A DNA stretch of 64,000 nucleotides from Nemertoderma westbladi (lineage: Eukaryota; Animalia; Xenacoelomorpha): NCBI GenBank assembly GCA_032718475.1, contig JAUCBJ010009115.1:41087-105086 (forward strand), read 5' to 3'. Within the stretch, counting starts at the first letter, position 1. The number at the start of each line of letters is the position of its first letter. The position numbers were made by a program, and so were the translations under genes. The notes beneath the pieces were generated by a model that was not told the DNA's origin, did not search any database, and worked only from the letters and a program-made list of their open reading frames with translations. Shown here piece after piece: positions 12,171 to 23,200 of this stretch.

Positions 12171-15100
12171 TCTTTTTTTATGTCTGGAATGAAGGAATGC
12201 CTGTTCACCGCCATAGGTGATCTTCCACAGTAAACCCTAACACTCTGTTTCTTAAAGGAATGCCTGTTCACCATCATGGGTGATCTTCCACAGTAAACCC
12301 TTCCACTCTGTTTCCTAACGGAGTGCCTGTTCACCACCATTGGTGATCTTCCTCAGTAAACCCTTCCACTCTGTTTCCTAACGGAGTGCCTGTTCACCAC
12401 CATTGGTGATCTTCCACAGTAAACCCTTCCACTCTGTTTCCTAAAGGAATGTCTGTTCACCACCATGGGTGATCTTCCACTGTAAACCCTAACACTCTGT
12501 TTCTTAAAGGAATGCCTGTTCACCACCATGGGTGATCTTCCTCAGTAAACCTTTCCACTCTGTTTCCTAAAGGAATGCCTGTTCACCGCCATAGGTGATC
12601 TTCCACAGTAAACCCTAACACTCTGTTTCTTAAAGGAATGCCTGTTCACCGCCATAGGTGATCTTCCACAGTAAACCCTAACACTCTGTTTCTTAAAGGA
12701 ATGCCTGTTCACCACCATGGGTGATCTTCCTCAGTAAACCTTTCCACTCTGTTTCCTAAAGGAATGCCTGTTCACCGCCATAGGTGATCTTCCACAGTAA
12801 ACCCTAACACTCCGTTTCTTAAAGGAATGCCTGTTCACCACCATGGGTGATCTTCCACAGTAAACCCTTCCACTCTGTTTCCTAAAGGAATGTCTGTTCA
12901 CCACCATGGGTGATCTTCCACTGTAAACCCTAACACTCTGTTTCTTAAAGGAATGCCTGTTCACCACCATGGGTGATCTTCCTCAGTAAACCTTTCCACT
13001 CTGTTTCCTAAAGGAATGCCTGTTCACCGCCATAGGTGATCTTCCACAGTAAACCTAACACTCTGTTTCTTAAAGGAATGCCTGTTCACCACCATGGGTG
13101 ATCTTCCACAGTAAACCCTTCCACTCTGTTTCCTAAAGGAATGCCTGTTCACCGCCATAGGTGATCTTCCACAGTAAACCCTAACACTCTGTTTCTTAAA
13201 GGAATGCCTGTTCACCACCATGGGTGATCTTCCACAGTAAACCCTTCCACTCTGTTTCCTAAAGGAATGCCTGTTCACCGCCATAGGTGATCTTCCACAG
13301 TAAACCCTAACACTCTGTTTCTTAAAGGAATGCCTGTTCACCACCATGGGTGATCTTCCTCAGTAAACCTTTCCACTCTGTTTCCTAAAGGAATGCCTGT
13401 TCACCGCCATAGGTGATCTTCCACAGTAAACCCTAACACTCTGTTTCTTAAAGGAATGCCTGTTCACCACCATGGGTGATCTTCCTCAGTAAACCTTTCC
13501 ACTCTGTTTCCTAAAGGAATGCCTGTTCACCGCCATAGGTGATCTTCCACAGTAAACCCTAACACTCTGTTTCTTAAAGGAATGCCTGTTCACCACCATG
13601 GGTGATCTTCCACAGTTAACCCTTCCACTCTGTTTCCTAAAGGAATGTCTGTTCACCACCATGGGTGATCTTCCACAGTAAACCCTAACACTCTGTTTCT
13701 TAAAGGAATGCCTGTTCACCACCATGGGCGATCTTCCTCAGTAAACCTTTCCACTCTGTTTCCTAAAGGAATGCCTGTTCACCGCCATAGGTGATCTTCC
13801 ACAGTAAACCCTAACACTCTGTTTCTTAAAGGAATGCCTGTTTACCACCATGGGTGATCTTCCACAGTAAACCCTTCCACTCTGTTTCCTAAAGGAATGC
13901 CTGTTCACCGCCATAGGTGATCTTCCACAGTAAACCCTAACACTCTGTTTCTTAAAGGAATGCCTGTTCACCACCATGGGTGATCTTCCTCAGTAAACCT
14001 TTCCACTCTGTTTCCTAAAGGAATGCCTGTTCACCGCCATAGGTGATCTTCCACAGTAAACCCTAACACTCTGTTTCTCTTAAAGGAATGCCTGTTCACC
14101 ACCATGGGTGATCTTCCTCAGTAAACCTTTCCACTCTGTTTCCTAAAGGAATGCCTGTTCACCGCCATAGGTGATCTTCCACAGTAAACCCTTCCACTCT
14201 GTTTCCCAAAGGAATGCCTGTTCACCACCATGAGTGATCTTCCACAGTAAACCCTAACACTCTGTTTCTTAAAGGAATGCCTGTTCACCACCATGGGTGA
14301 TCTTCCTCAGTAAACCTTTCCACTCTGTCTCCTAAAGGAATGCCTGTTCACCGCCATAGGTGATCTTCCACAGTAAACCCTAACACTCTGTTTCTTAAAG
14401 GAATGCCTGTTCACCACCATGGGTGATCTTCCACAGTAAACCCTTCCACTCTGTTCCCTAAAGGAATGCCTGTTCACTACCATGGGTGATCCTAACCCTT
14501 CCACTCTGTTTCTTAAAGAAATGTCTGTTCACCGCCATAGGTGATCTTCCACAGTAAACCCTAACACTCTGTTTCTTAAAGGAATGCCTGTTCACCACCA
14601 TGGGTGATCTTCCACAGTAAACCCTTCCACTCTGTTTCCTAAAGGAATGTCTGTTCACCACCATGGGTGATCTTCCACAGTAAACCCTAACACTCTGTTT
14701 CTTAAAGGAACGCCTGTTCACCACCATGGGTGATCTTCCACAGTAAACCCTTCCACTCTGTTTCCTAAAGGAATGTCTGTTCACCACCATGGGTGATCTT
14801 CCACAGTAAACCCTAACACTCTGTTTCTTAAAGGAATGCCTGTTCACCACCATGGGTGATCTTCCACATTAAACCGTTCCACTCTGTTTCCTAACGGAGT
14901 GCCTGTTCACCACCATTGGTGATCTTCCACAGTAAACCCTAACACTCTGTTTCTTAAAGGAATGCCTGTTCACCACCATGGGTGATCTTCCACAGTAAAC
15001 CCTTCCACTCTGTTTCCTAACGGAGTGCCTGTTCACCACCATTGGTGATCTTCCACAGTAAACCCTAACACTCTGTTTCTTAAAGGAATGCCTGTTCACC

Positions 15101-17252
15101 ACCATGGGTGATCTTCCACAGTAAACCCTAACACTCTGTTTCTTAAAGGAATGCCTGTTCACCACCATGGGTGATCTTCCCCAGTAAACCCTTCCACTCT
15201 GTTTCTTAAAGGAATGCCTGTTCACCACCATGGGTGATCTTCCACAGTAAACCCTTCCACTCTGTTTCCTAAAGGAATATCTGTTCACCACTATGGGTGA
15301 TCTTCCACAGTAAACCCTAACACTCTGTTTCTTAAAGGAATGCCTGTTCACCACCATGGGTGATCTTCCACAGTAAACCCTAACACTCTGTTTCTTAAAG
15401 AAATGCCTGTTCACCACCATGGGTGATATTCCACAGTAAACCCTAACACTCTGTTTCTTAAAGGAATGCCTGTTCACCACCATGGGTGATCTTCCACAGT
15501 AAACCCTTCCACTCTGTTTCTTAAAGGAATGCCTGTTCACCACCATGGGTGATCTTCCACAGTAAACCCTAACACTCTGTTTCTTAAAGGAATGCCTGTT
15601 CACCACCATGGGTGATCTTCCACAGTAAACCCTTCCACTCTGTTTCCTAAAGGAATGTCTGTTCACCACCATGGGTGATCTTCCACAGTAAACCCTAACA
15701 CTCTGTTTCTTAAAGGAATGCCTGTTCACCACCATGGGTGATCTTCCACAGTAAACCCTAACACTCTGTTTCTTAAAGGAATGCCTGTTCACCACCATGG
15801 ATGGGTGATCTTCCACAGTAAACCCTTCCACTCTGTTTCCTAAAGGAATGCATGTTCACCGCCATGGGTGATCTTCCACAGCAAACCCTTCCACTCAGTT
15901 TCCTAACGGAGTGCCTGTTCACCACCATTGGTGATCTTCCACAGTAAATCCTAACACTCTGTTTCTTAAAGGAATGCCTGTTCACCACCATGGGTGATCT
16001 TCCACAGTAAACCCTTCCACTCTGTTTCTTAAAGGAATGCCTGTTCACCACCATGGGTGATCTTCCACAGTAAACCCTTACACTCTGTTTCCTAACGGAG
16101 TGCCTGTTCACCACCATTGGTGATCTTCCACAGTAAACCCTTCCACTCTGTTCCCTAAAGGAATGCCTGTTCACTACCATGGGTGATCCTAACCCTTCCA
16201 CTCTGTTTCTTAAAGAAATGTCTGTTCACCACCATGGGTGATCTTCCACAGTAAACCCTTCCACTCTGTTTCTTAAAGGAATGCCCGTTCACCACCATGG
16301 GTGATCTTCCACAGTAAACCCTTCCACTCTGTTCCCTAAATGAATCTCTGTTTACCTCCATGGGTGATCTTCCAGAGTAAACCCTTCCACTCTTTTCCCT
16401 AAATGAATGTCTGTTTACCTACATTGGTGATCTTCCACAGTAAACCCTTCCATTCTGTTTCCCAAAGGAATGCCTGTTCAGCCACCATGGGTGATCTTCC
16501 ACAGTAAATCCCTCCACTCTGTTTCCTAAGGGAATGCATTTTCACCACCATGGGTGATCTTCCACAGTAAACCCTTCCACTCTGTTCCCTAAAGGAATGC
16601 CTGTTCACTACCATGGGCGATCCTAACCCTTCCACTCTGTTTCTTAAAGAAATGTCTGTTCACCACCATGGGTGATCTTCCACAGTAAACCCTTCCACTC
16701 TGTTTCTTAAAGGAATGCCCGTTCACCACCATGGGTGATCTTCCACAGTAAACCCTTCCACTCTGTTCCCTAAATGAATCTCTGTTTACCTCCATGGGTG
16801 ATCTTCCACAGTAAACCCTTCCACTCTGTTTCCTAAATGAATGTCTGTTTACCTCCATTGGTGATCTTCCACAGTAAACCCTTCCACTCTGTTTCCCAAA
16901 GGAATGCCTGTTCAGCCACCATGGGTGATCTTCCACAGTAAATCCCTCCACTCTGTTTCCTAAGGGAATGCATTTTCACCACCATGGGTGATCTTCCACA
17001 GTAAACCCTTCCATTCTGTTTCCCAAAGGAATGCCTGTTCAGCCACCATGGGTGATCTTCCACAGTAAATCCCTCCACTCTGTTTCCTAAGGGAATGCAT
17101 TTTCACCACCATGGGTGATCTTCCACAGTAAACCCTTCTACTCTGTTTCCTAAAGGAATGCCTGTTCACCACCATAGGATCAAAGCCGGGGTTGGGCTAA
17201 GCTGCATTTAAAACACTGCTGCCCCATCTAGGGATCGAACCAAGGCCTACTG
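12171..17252 (-). mobile_element. Putative 5'-truncated tRNA-derived SINE whose body is tandemly amplified
   Basis: On the minus strand: B-box GGTTCGATCCC (17241-17231), ~50 nt unique sequence, the 63-bp array, then an A7 tail (T7 at 12173-12179). It is flanked by the direct repeat ATTGGAAA (12163-12170 and 17253-17260). No A-box is seen. Confidence 0.5.
12192..17178. repeat. 63-bp minisatellite, ~79 units, with a 126-bp dimer tendency (CCCTAACACTCTGTTTCTT / CCCTTCCACTCTGTTTCCT)
   Basis: The 63-nt period is directly visible (GGAATGCC at 12194 and 12257). Units are more diverged at the right end. Confidence 0.97.
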
Positions 17253-17458
17253 ATTGGAAACTAAGGAATATTGTTTATTATTTATACAAAGATTGACTAA
17301 GTACCCTTCAACCATTTACCGAAAGACTGACATACCGAACAACATTTATTATTTCATATTTTGCACATGCAACATTGTATCGGCTTACTATTGCCCTGTA
17401 AAGTACAATAATTAAATTTTACATATTATATAGGAACACATTTGATTTCCCCCAATAG

Positions 17459-17618
17459 TGTCGGCAGCTAGAGGAAGTGGGCGGTGTAGTTCCCTCCCAG
17501 ACACCATTCTGTCTCAGAGACACCTCCACCTCCGGTGGATCTACGCCCATGTTCACTCCAATAACCGCTATACATCGCCTGAACACTTCAGTGGATGAGG
17601 TCTTTAGTTACCCCACAG
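17459..17618 (+). CDS. JAKMIP: Coding exon E (CRQLEEVGGVVPSQTPFCLRDTSTSGGSTPMFTPITAIHRLNTSVDEVFSYPT)
   Basis: Acceptor TTTCCCCCAATAG (AG 17457-17458), 53 codons + 1 nt, donor CAG|GTTAGT. It is a GC-richer island. The phase 0 start continues the heptad pattern YINQL-CRQLEE and the phase 1 end matches exon F. Confidence 0.75.
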
Positions 17619-18989
17619 GTTAGTTGTAATGCCTTAACCGCTGGTTGGTACCAGTTATTAAATATTGACAATTATTAAAGACTAATCTAATTGTGGTTCC
17701 GCATGTTATGTATTCATTAGCATATTATTTAATTTGAGACATGTGGTAGGCCTACCAAAATACAGTAGGCCCTAATACTGTAGGCATGGTACGTTCCGGC
17801 TACCGTTATCACAGTATGTCAGAAGTACATTCCTTTGTACTGTATAACTTTCCCCTTTTGGTAGACCCCCTAATCATACTAAATTCACCGTGCTTAAAAA
17901 CAGGGAAGCACTAATTGAATTTGGGACGTGCTGTAAGTAGGAAAAGGATCGGGTTACGGATTGGGGGAACCAAAACAATAAACTACAATTAAAACATGTT
18001 ACAAGATTATGCAGGTTAGTTAAGGGTTAAAAAATCATGAAAATACTGAATTTTGCAGATAGTGGCGCACATTGACGGCAAGTGAAAATTGTGATCGTCA
18101 GCGCAAATTGTCCGCAAGGAAAATAAAGTATCGTTTATTGTTTTGTTTAGAAAGCACGGCCACTATAATAAAATTTTTCAATTTTTGTGTTTGCGGTCAT
18201 TTTGCGACATTGTTTCGAATTTTGACAGCATTGCTCCGTGGTGTGGGAGAAATACTGTAGCTCTTAAGAAGGAGAGTTTCCCCATGATTATATTTGCCTC
18301 CCCGGCTAAAGTGTAAGTAGGCCCTAACAACTAACTGCCCGGGGGGGGGGGGGGGGGGTGTCTACAGGGGATGAGTTAACATACAACACCGGTACAAGAG
18401 CAGTAGTGTAGTTCACTCCTACATTAGTGGTCAAGGAAATGGTTTCAACATAACATTTATGTAGGCCTATCTGTACACGCTCGTGGGGCCTTCGTGCAGC
18501 ACGAGGCTCAGTTATGAGATACAAATTAAAATTGGGCAATTCTATCACAAAATCGGTATTTAAGAAATTAACCAAACCGCAAATACATCATAGAGGGGAA
18601 AGTTGCTCGCTTTCAACCCCCTCTTAATCTGCACCCCAACCCAAAGGCGCACAGACAGAGGATTGATGGCAGGCAGGTATTAACAGAAAATTGGTGTTTT
18701 AGAAGTAATATATTTTAGGTGTGGAGGCGACCCAATTTGTAAGAATTATTATAACTTACAGTACTACAATACCTTATGCCGTTTAGTATTGATACTGAAA
18801 TATTAATTTACCATGTCGATGTCTCAACAAAATTATTTAGCTATATTTATTCTACAGAATCTCCATTAAATACTCGGCCAATCATTTTGCGAGATAAACA
18901 ATAAGCAAGCTGTGTTATTAGTCTGTGGCCTAACACTATTGCCTGTCCTACATAATTAAACTTTGCTGGAATCGTGGTGAGGCGGAACT

Positions 18990-19350
18990 GGTTGGACTGA
19001 TTCATAGCCCGTCAAACACACCGGATGTGTTTTAGCACATATCTGAGAAGTACGTTTCAGCTAAATCAGTGATTGCACTTTGAGATATATCGTCCTCTAG
19101 CGGCAGCCTAGAGAACTGCAGACAGATGAGCCTCCTTTGAATGACACAGTTAATGATGTAGTACAAATATGCCAAGTTTCAGCTAGAACGGGTTTAAAGC
19201 AAAGAAATGTGAGGATATTTAATGTCTAGACATGTAGCCCTCTAGCGAGACACTGATGATTTGATGGTATCTGAAAGTCCCCAAAGAAACTAAACTTATG
19301 GTCTTATTGATGCCTAACTAATTTTCAACTCTACAGCGTTAAATCCGACG
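18990..19350 (-). repeat. Degraded, reverse-oriented relative of the ~146-bp CCGCTAGAGGG repeat family (TE remnant)
   Basis: CCTCTAGCG occurs at ~19094 and ~19239 (about 145 bp apart). CAAGTTTCAGCT (~19172) is the reverse complement of AGCTGAAACTTG seen in the 11.2-11.5 kb units. Confidence 0.5.
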
Positions 19351-19997
19351 AAGTTATAAGTAAGCCAAAATCGTAGCGTCAATGATGACATACAGTAACA
19401 TTATTGAATGAACTATTTGCCATAATAATTGAGCTACCCCCCTAAGAGATAGCGTCAGTTCGCAAAGGCTCCGCCAACTTCGTGGCTCGGACCCTATACC
19501 CCATGCTATAAATGTATTCGTTCGATATACAATCATACATTAAGCCGCTAGGTGGTGTCAAATTATTATTCTGCAATTTTGTACTTGTACAGTACAGCAG
19601 TACCGTACCGGTAGGCAGTAGGCCTATTGCTTTGGAGTCTCTAGTGGATCCCCAATTAGATGTCAATCAATTTCGTAAAAGATAGACTTTATGATTCTCT
19701 ACAAGCAACCAAAATTTCAGCTCTGGAAAATAAAGCGTTCCCGAGAAATTTAACAATTTCTAAAAACCACATACAGTAATCTGTCGTAGCTGACGTCAGA
19801 CTTTACAAAAGTTTGACACCAAACTTTACAAATTTTCTAAACATTCCCTCTAATACTAAGTATGGTTTAACTCCGAACCAGCAATGCCGCGAAATTTGCG
19901 ATCAAACATTTACCAGCCAGACGGAAATGCTCCATTTGCCCTATAAACAAATACTGTACAGTGTAATAGACTCACCCGTTATATTTAATGCTTTCAG

Positions 19998-20221
19998 TTG
20001 ACCATCCAAGGCCATACCACTTGTCTCCAGGGACCAGTAGGCGGAGGGGCGGCAGTAGGTCCAGGTCCCGTTCGCCCATGGTAACCGGTAAACCAAAACT
20101 GCCAACACAACCCATTACTATGGTGGACGTTGAAAAAGAAATGCTCCGACTAAAAAACCACTTCCATGATCAATTCGCGACCATACAAGAAATAACAGAT
20201 ACAATTCCAGCAGACCCTGAT
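19998..20221 (+). CDS. JAKMIP: Coding exon F (VDHPRPYHLSPGTSRRRGGSRSRSRSP...EKEMLRLKNHFHDQFATIQEITDTIPADPD), drawn to the first of many possible donors
   Basis: Acceptor CTTTCAG (AG 19996-19997); phase 1 start agrees with exon E (G+TT = Val); first donor GAT|GTAAGT at 20222. The 3' boundary is ambiguous because the donor is tandemly repeated. Confidence 0.8.
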
Positions 20222-23200
20222 GTAAGTATACAAGAAATAACAGATACAATACCGGCAGACCCTGATGTAAGTATACAAGAAATAACAGATACAATAACAG
20301 CAGACCCTGATGTAAGTATACAAGAAATAACAGATACAATAACAGCAGACCCTGATGTAAGTATACAAGAAATAACAGATACAATAACAGCAGACCCTGA
20401 TGTAAGTATACAAGAAATAACAGATACAATAACAGCAGACCCTGATGTAAGTATACAAGAAATAACAGATACAATAACAGCAGACCCTGATGTAAGTATA
20501 CAAGAAATAACAGATACAATACCAGCAGACCCTGATGTAAGTATACAAGAAATAACAGATACAATACCAGCAGACCCTGATGTAAGTATACAAGAAATAA
20601 CAGATACAATAACAGCAGACCCTGATGTAAGTATACAAGAAATAACAGATACAATACCGGCAGACCCTGATGTAAGTATGCAAGAAATAACAGATACAAT
20701 AACAGCAGACCCTGATGTAAGTATACAAGAAATAACAGATACAATAACAGCAGACCCTGATGTAAGTATACAAGAAATAACAGATACAATAACAGCAGAC
20801 CCTGATGTAAGTATACAAGAAATAACAGATACAATAACAGCAGACCCTGATGTAAGTATACAAGAAATAACAGATACAATAACAGCAGACCCTGATGTAA
20901 GTATACAAGAAATAACAGATACAATACCAGCAGACCCTGATGTAAGTATACAAGAAATAACAGATACAATACCAGCAGACCCTGATGTAAGTATACAAGA
21001 AATAACAGATACAATAACAGCAGACCCTGATGTAAGTATACAAGAAATAACAGATACAATAACAGCAGACCCTGATGTAAGTATACAAGAAATAACGGAT
21101 ACAATACCGGCAGACCCTGATGTAAGTATACAAGAAATAACAGATACAATACCGGCAGACCCTGATGTAAGTATACAAGAAATAACGGATATAATAACAG
21201 CAGACCCTGATGTAAGTATACAAGAAATAACAGATACAATACCAGCAGACCCTGATGTAAGTATACAAGAAATAACGGATACAATACCGGCAGACCCTGA
21301 TGTAAGTATACAAGAAATAACGGATACAATACCGGCAGACCCTGATGTAAGTATACAAGAAATAACAGATACAATACCGGCAGACCCTGATGTAAGTATA
21401 CAAGAAATAGCAGATACAATACCAGCAGACCTTGATGTAAGTATACAAGAAATAACAGATACAATAACAGCAGACCCTGATGTAAGTATACAAGAAATAA
21501 CAGATACAATAACAGCAGACCCTGATGTAAGTATACAAGAAATAACAGATACAATACCAGCAGACCCTGATGTAAGTATACAAGAAATAACAGATACAAT
21601 ACCGGCAGACCCTGATGTAAGTATACAAGAAATAACGGATACAATACCGGCAGACCCTGATGTAAGTATACAAGAAATAACAGATACAATACCGGCAGAC
21701 CCTGATGTAAGTATACAAGAAATAACAGATACAATACCAGCAGACCTTGATGTAAGTATACAAGAAATAACAGATACAATAACAGCAGACCCTGATGTAA
21801 GTATACAAGAAATAACAGATACAATAACAGCAGACCCTGATGTAAGTATACAAGAAATAACAGATACAATACCAGCAGACCCTGATGTAAGTATACAAGA
21901 AATAACAGATACAATACCGGCAGACCCTGATGTAAGTATACAAGAAATAACGGATACAATACCGGCAGACCCTGATGTAAGTATACAAGAAATAACAGAT
22001 ACAATACCGGCAGACCCTGATGTAAGTATACAAGAAATAGCAGATACAATACCAGCAGACCTTGATGTAAGTATACAAGAAATAACAGATACAATAACAG
22101 CAGACCCTGATGTAAGTATACAAGAAATAACAGATACAATAACAGCAGACCCTGATGTAAGTATACAAGAAATAACAGATACAATACCAGCAGACCCTGA
22201 TGTAAGTATACAAGAAATAACAGATACAATACCGGCAGACCCTGATGTAAGTATACAAGAAATAACGGATACAATACCGGCAGACCCTGATGTAAGTATA
22301 CAAGAAATAACAGATACAATACCGGCAGACCCTGATGTAAGTATACAAGAAATAACAGATACAATACCAGCAGACCTTGATGTAAGTATACAAGAAATAA
22401 CAGATACAATAACAGCAGACCCTGATGTAAGTATACAAGAAATAACAGATACAATAACAGCAGACCCTGATGTAAGTATACAAGAAATAACAGATACAAT
22501 ACCAGCAGACCCTGATGTAAGTATACAAGAAATAACAGATACAATACCGGCAGACCCTGATGTAAGTATACAAGAAATAACGGATACAATACCGGCAGAC
22601 CCTGATGTAAGTATACAAGAAATAACAGATACAATAACAGCAGACCCTGATGTAAGTATACAAGAAATAACAGATACAATACCAGCAGAAACTGATGTAA
22701 GTATACAAGAAATAACACATACAATAACAGCAGACCCTGATGTAAGTATACAAGAAATAACAGATACAATACCAGCAGACCCTGATGTAAGTATACAAGA
22801 AATAACAGATACAATAACAGCAGACCCTGATGTAAGTATACAAGAAATAACAGATACAATACCAGCAGACCCTGATGTAAGTATACAAGAAATAACAGAT
22901 ACAATAACAGCAGACCCTGATGTAAGTATACAAGAAATAACAGATATAATAACAGCAGACCCTGATGTAAGTATACAAGAAATAAAAGATACAATAACAG
23001 CAGACCCTGATGTAAGTATACAAGAAATAACAGATACAATACCAGCAGACCCTGATGTAAGTATACAAGAAATAACAGATACAATTCCAGCAGAAACTGA
23101 TGTAAGTATACAAGAAATAACAGATACAATAACAGCAGACCCTGATGTAAGTATACAAGAAATAACAGATACAATACCAGCAGACCCTGATGTAAGTATA

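Noticed and set aside
12230-16200. Telomere-like AACCCTAA within the 63-bp units
   Set aside because: It is a single hexamer per variant unit, never tandem, and is a point variant of AACCCTTC.
12059-17175. Minus-strand ORFs with MVVNRHSFKKQSVRVYCGRSP repeats
   Set aside because: They are translations of the 21-codon unit, interrupted by recurring stops and indels.
17221-17260. tRNA gene at the B-box-like GGTTCGATCCC
   Set aside because: No A-box/D-arm or acceptor stem can be folded upstream on the minus strand; treated as a SINE head fragment.
17434-17445. Alternative acceptor TAG at 17432-17433 for exon E
   Set aside because: It gives GAA CAC ATT TGA, an immediate stop in phase 0. The acceptor at 17458 has a better pyrimidine tract and an open, phase-consistent frame.
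18072-20001. Short ORFs (60-83 aa) in the intron between exons E and F
   Set aside because: They have no recognisable protein features, and exons E and F already join in phase without them.
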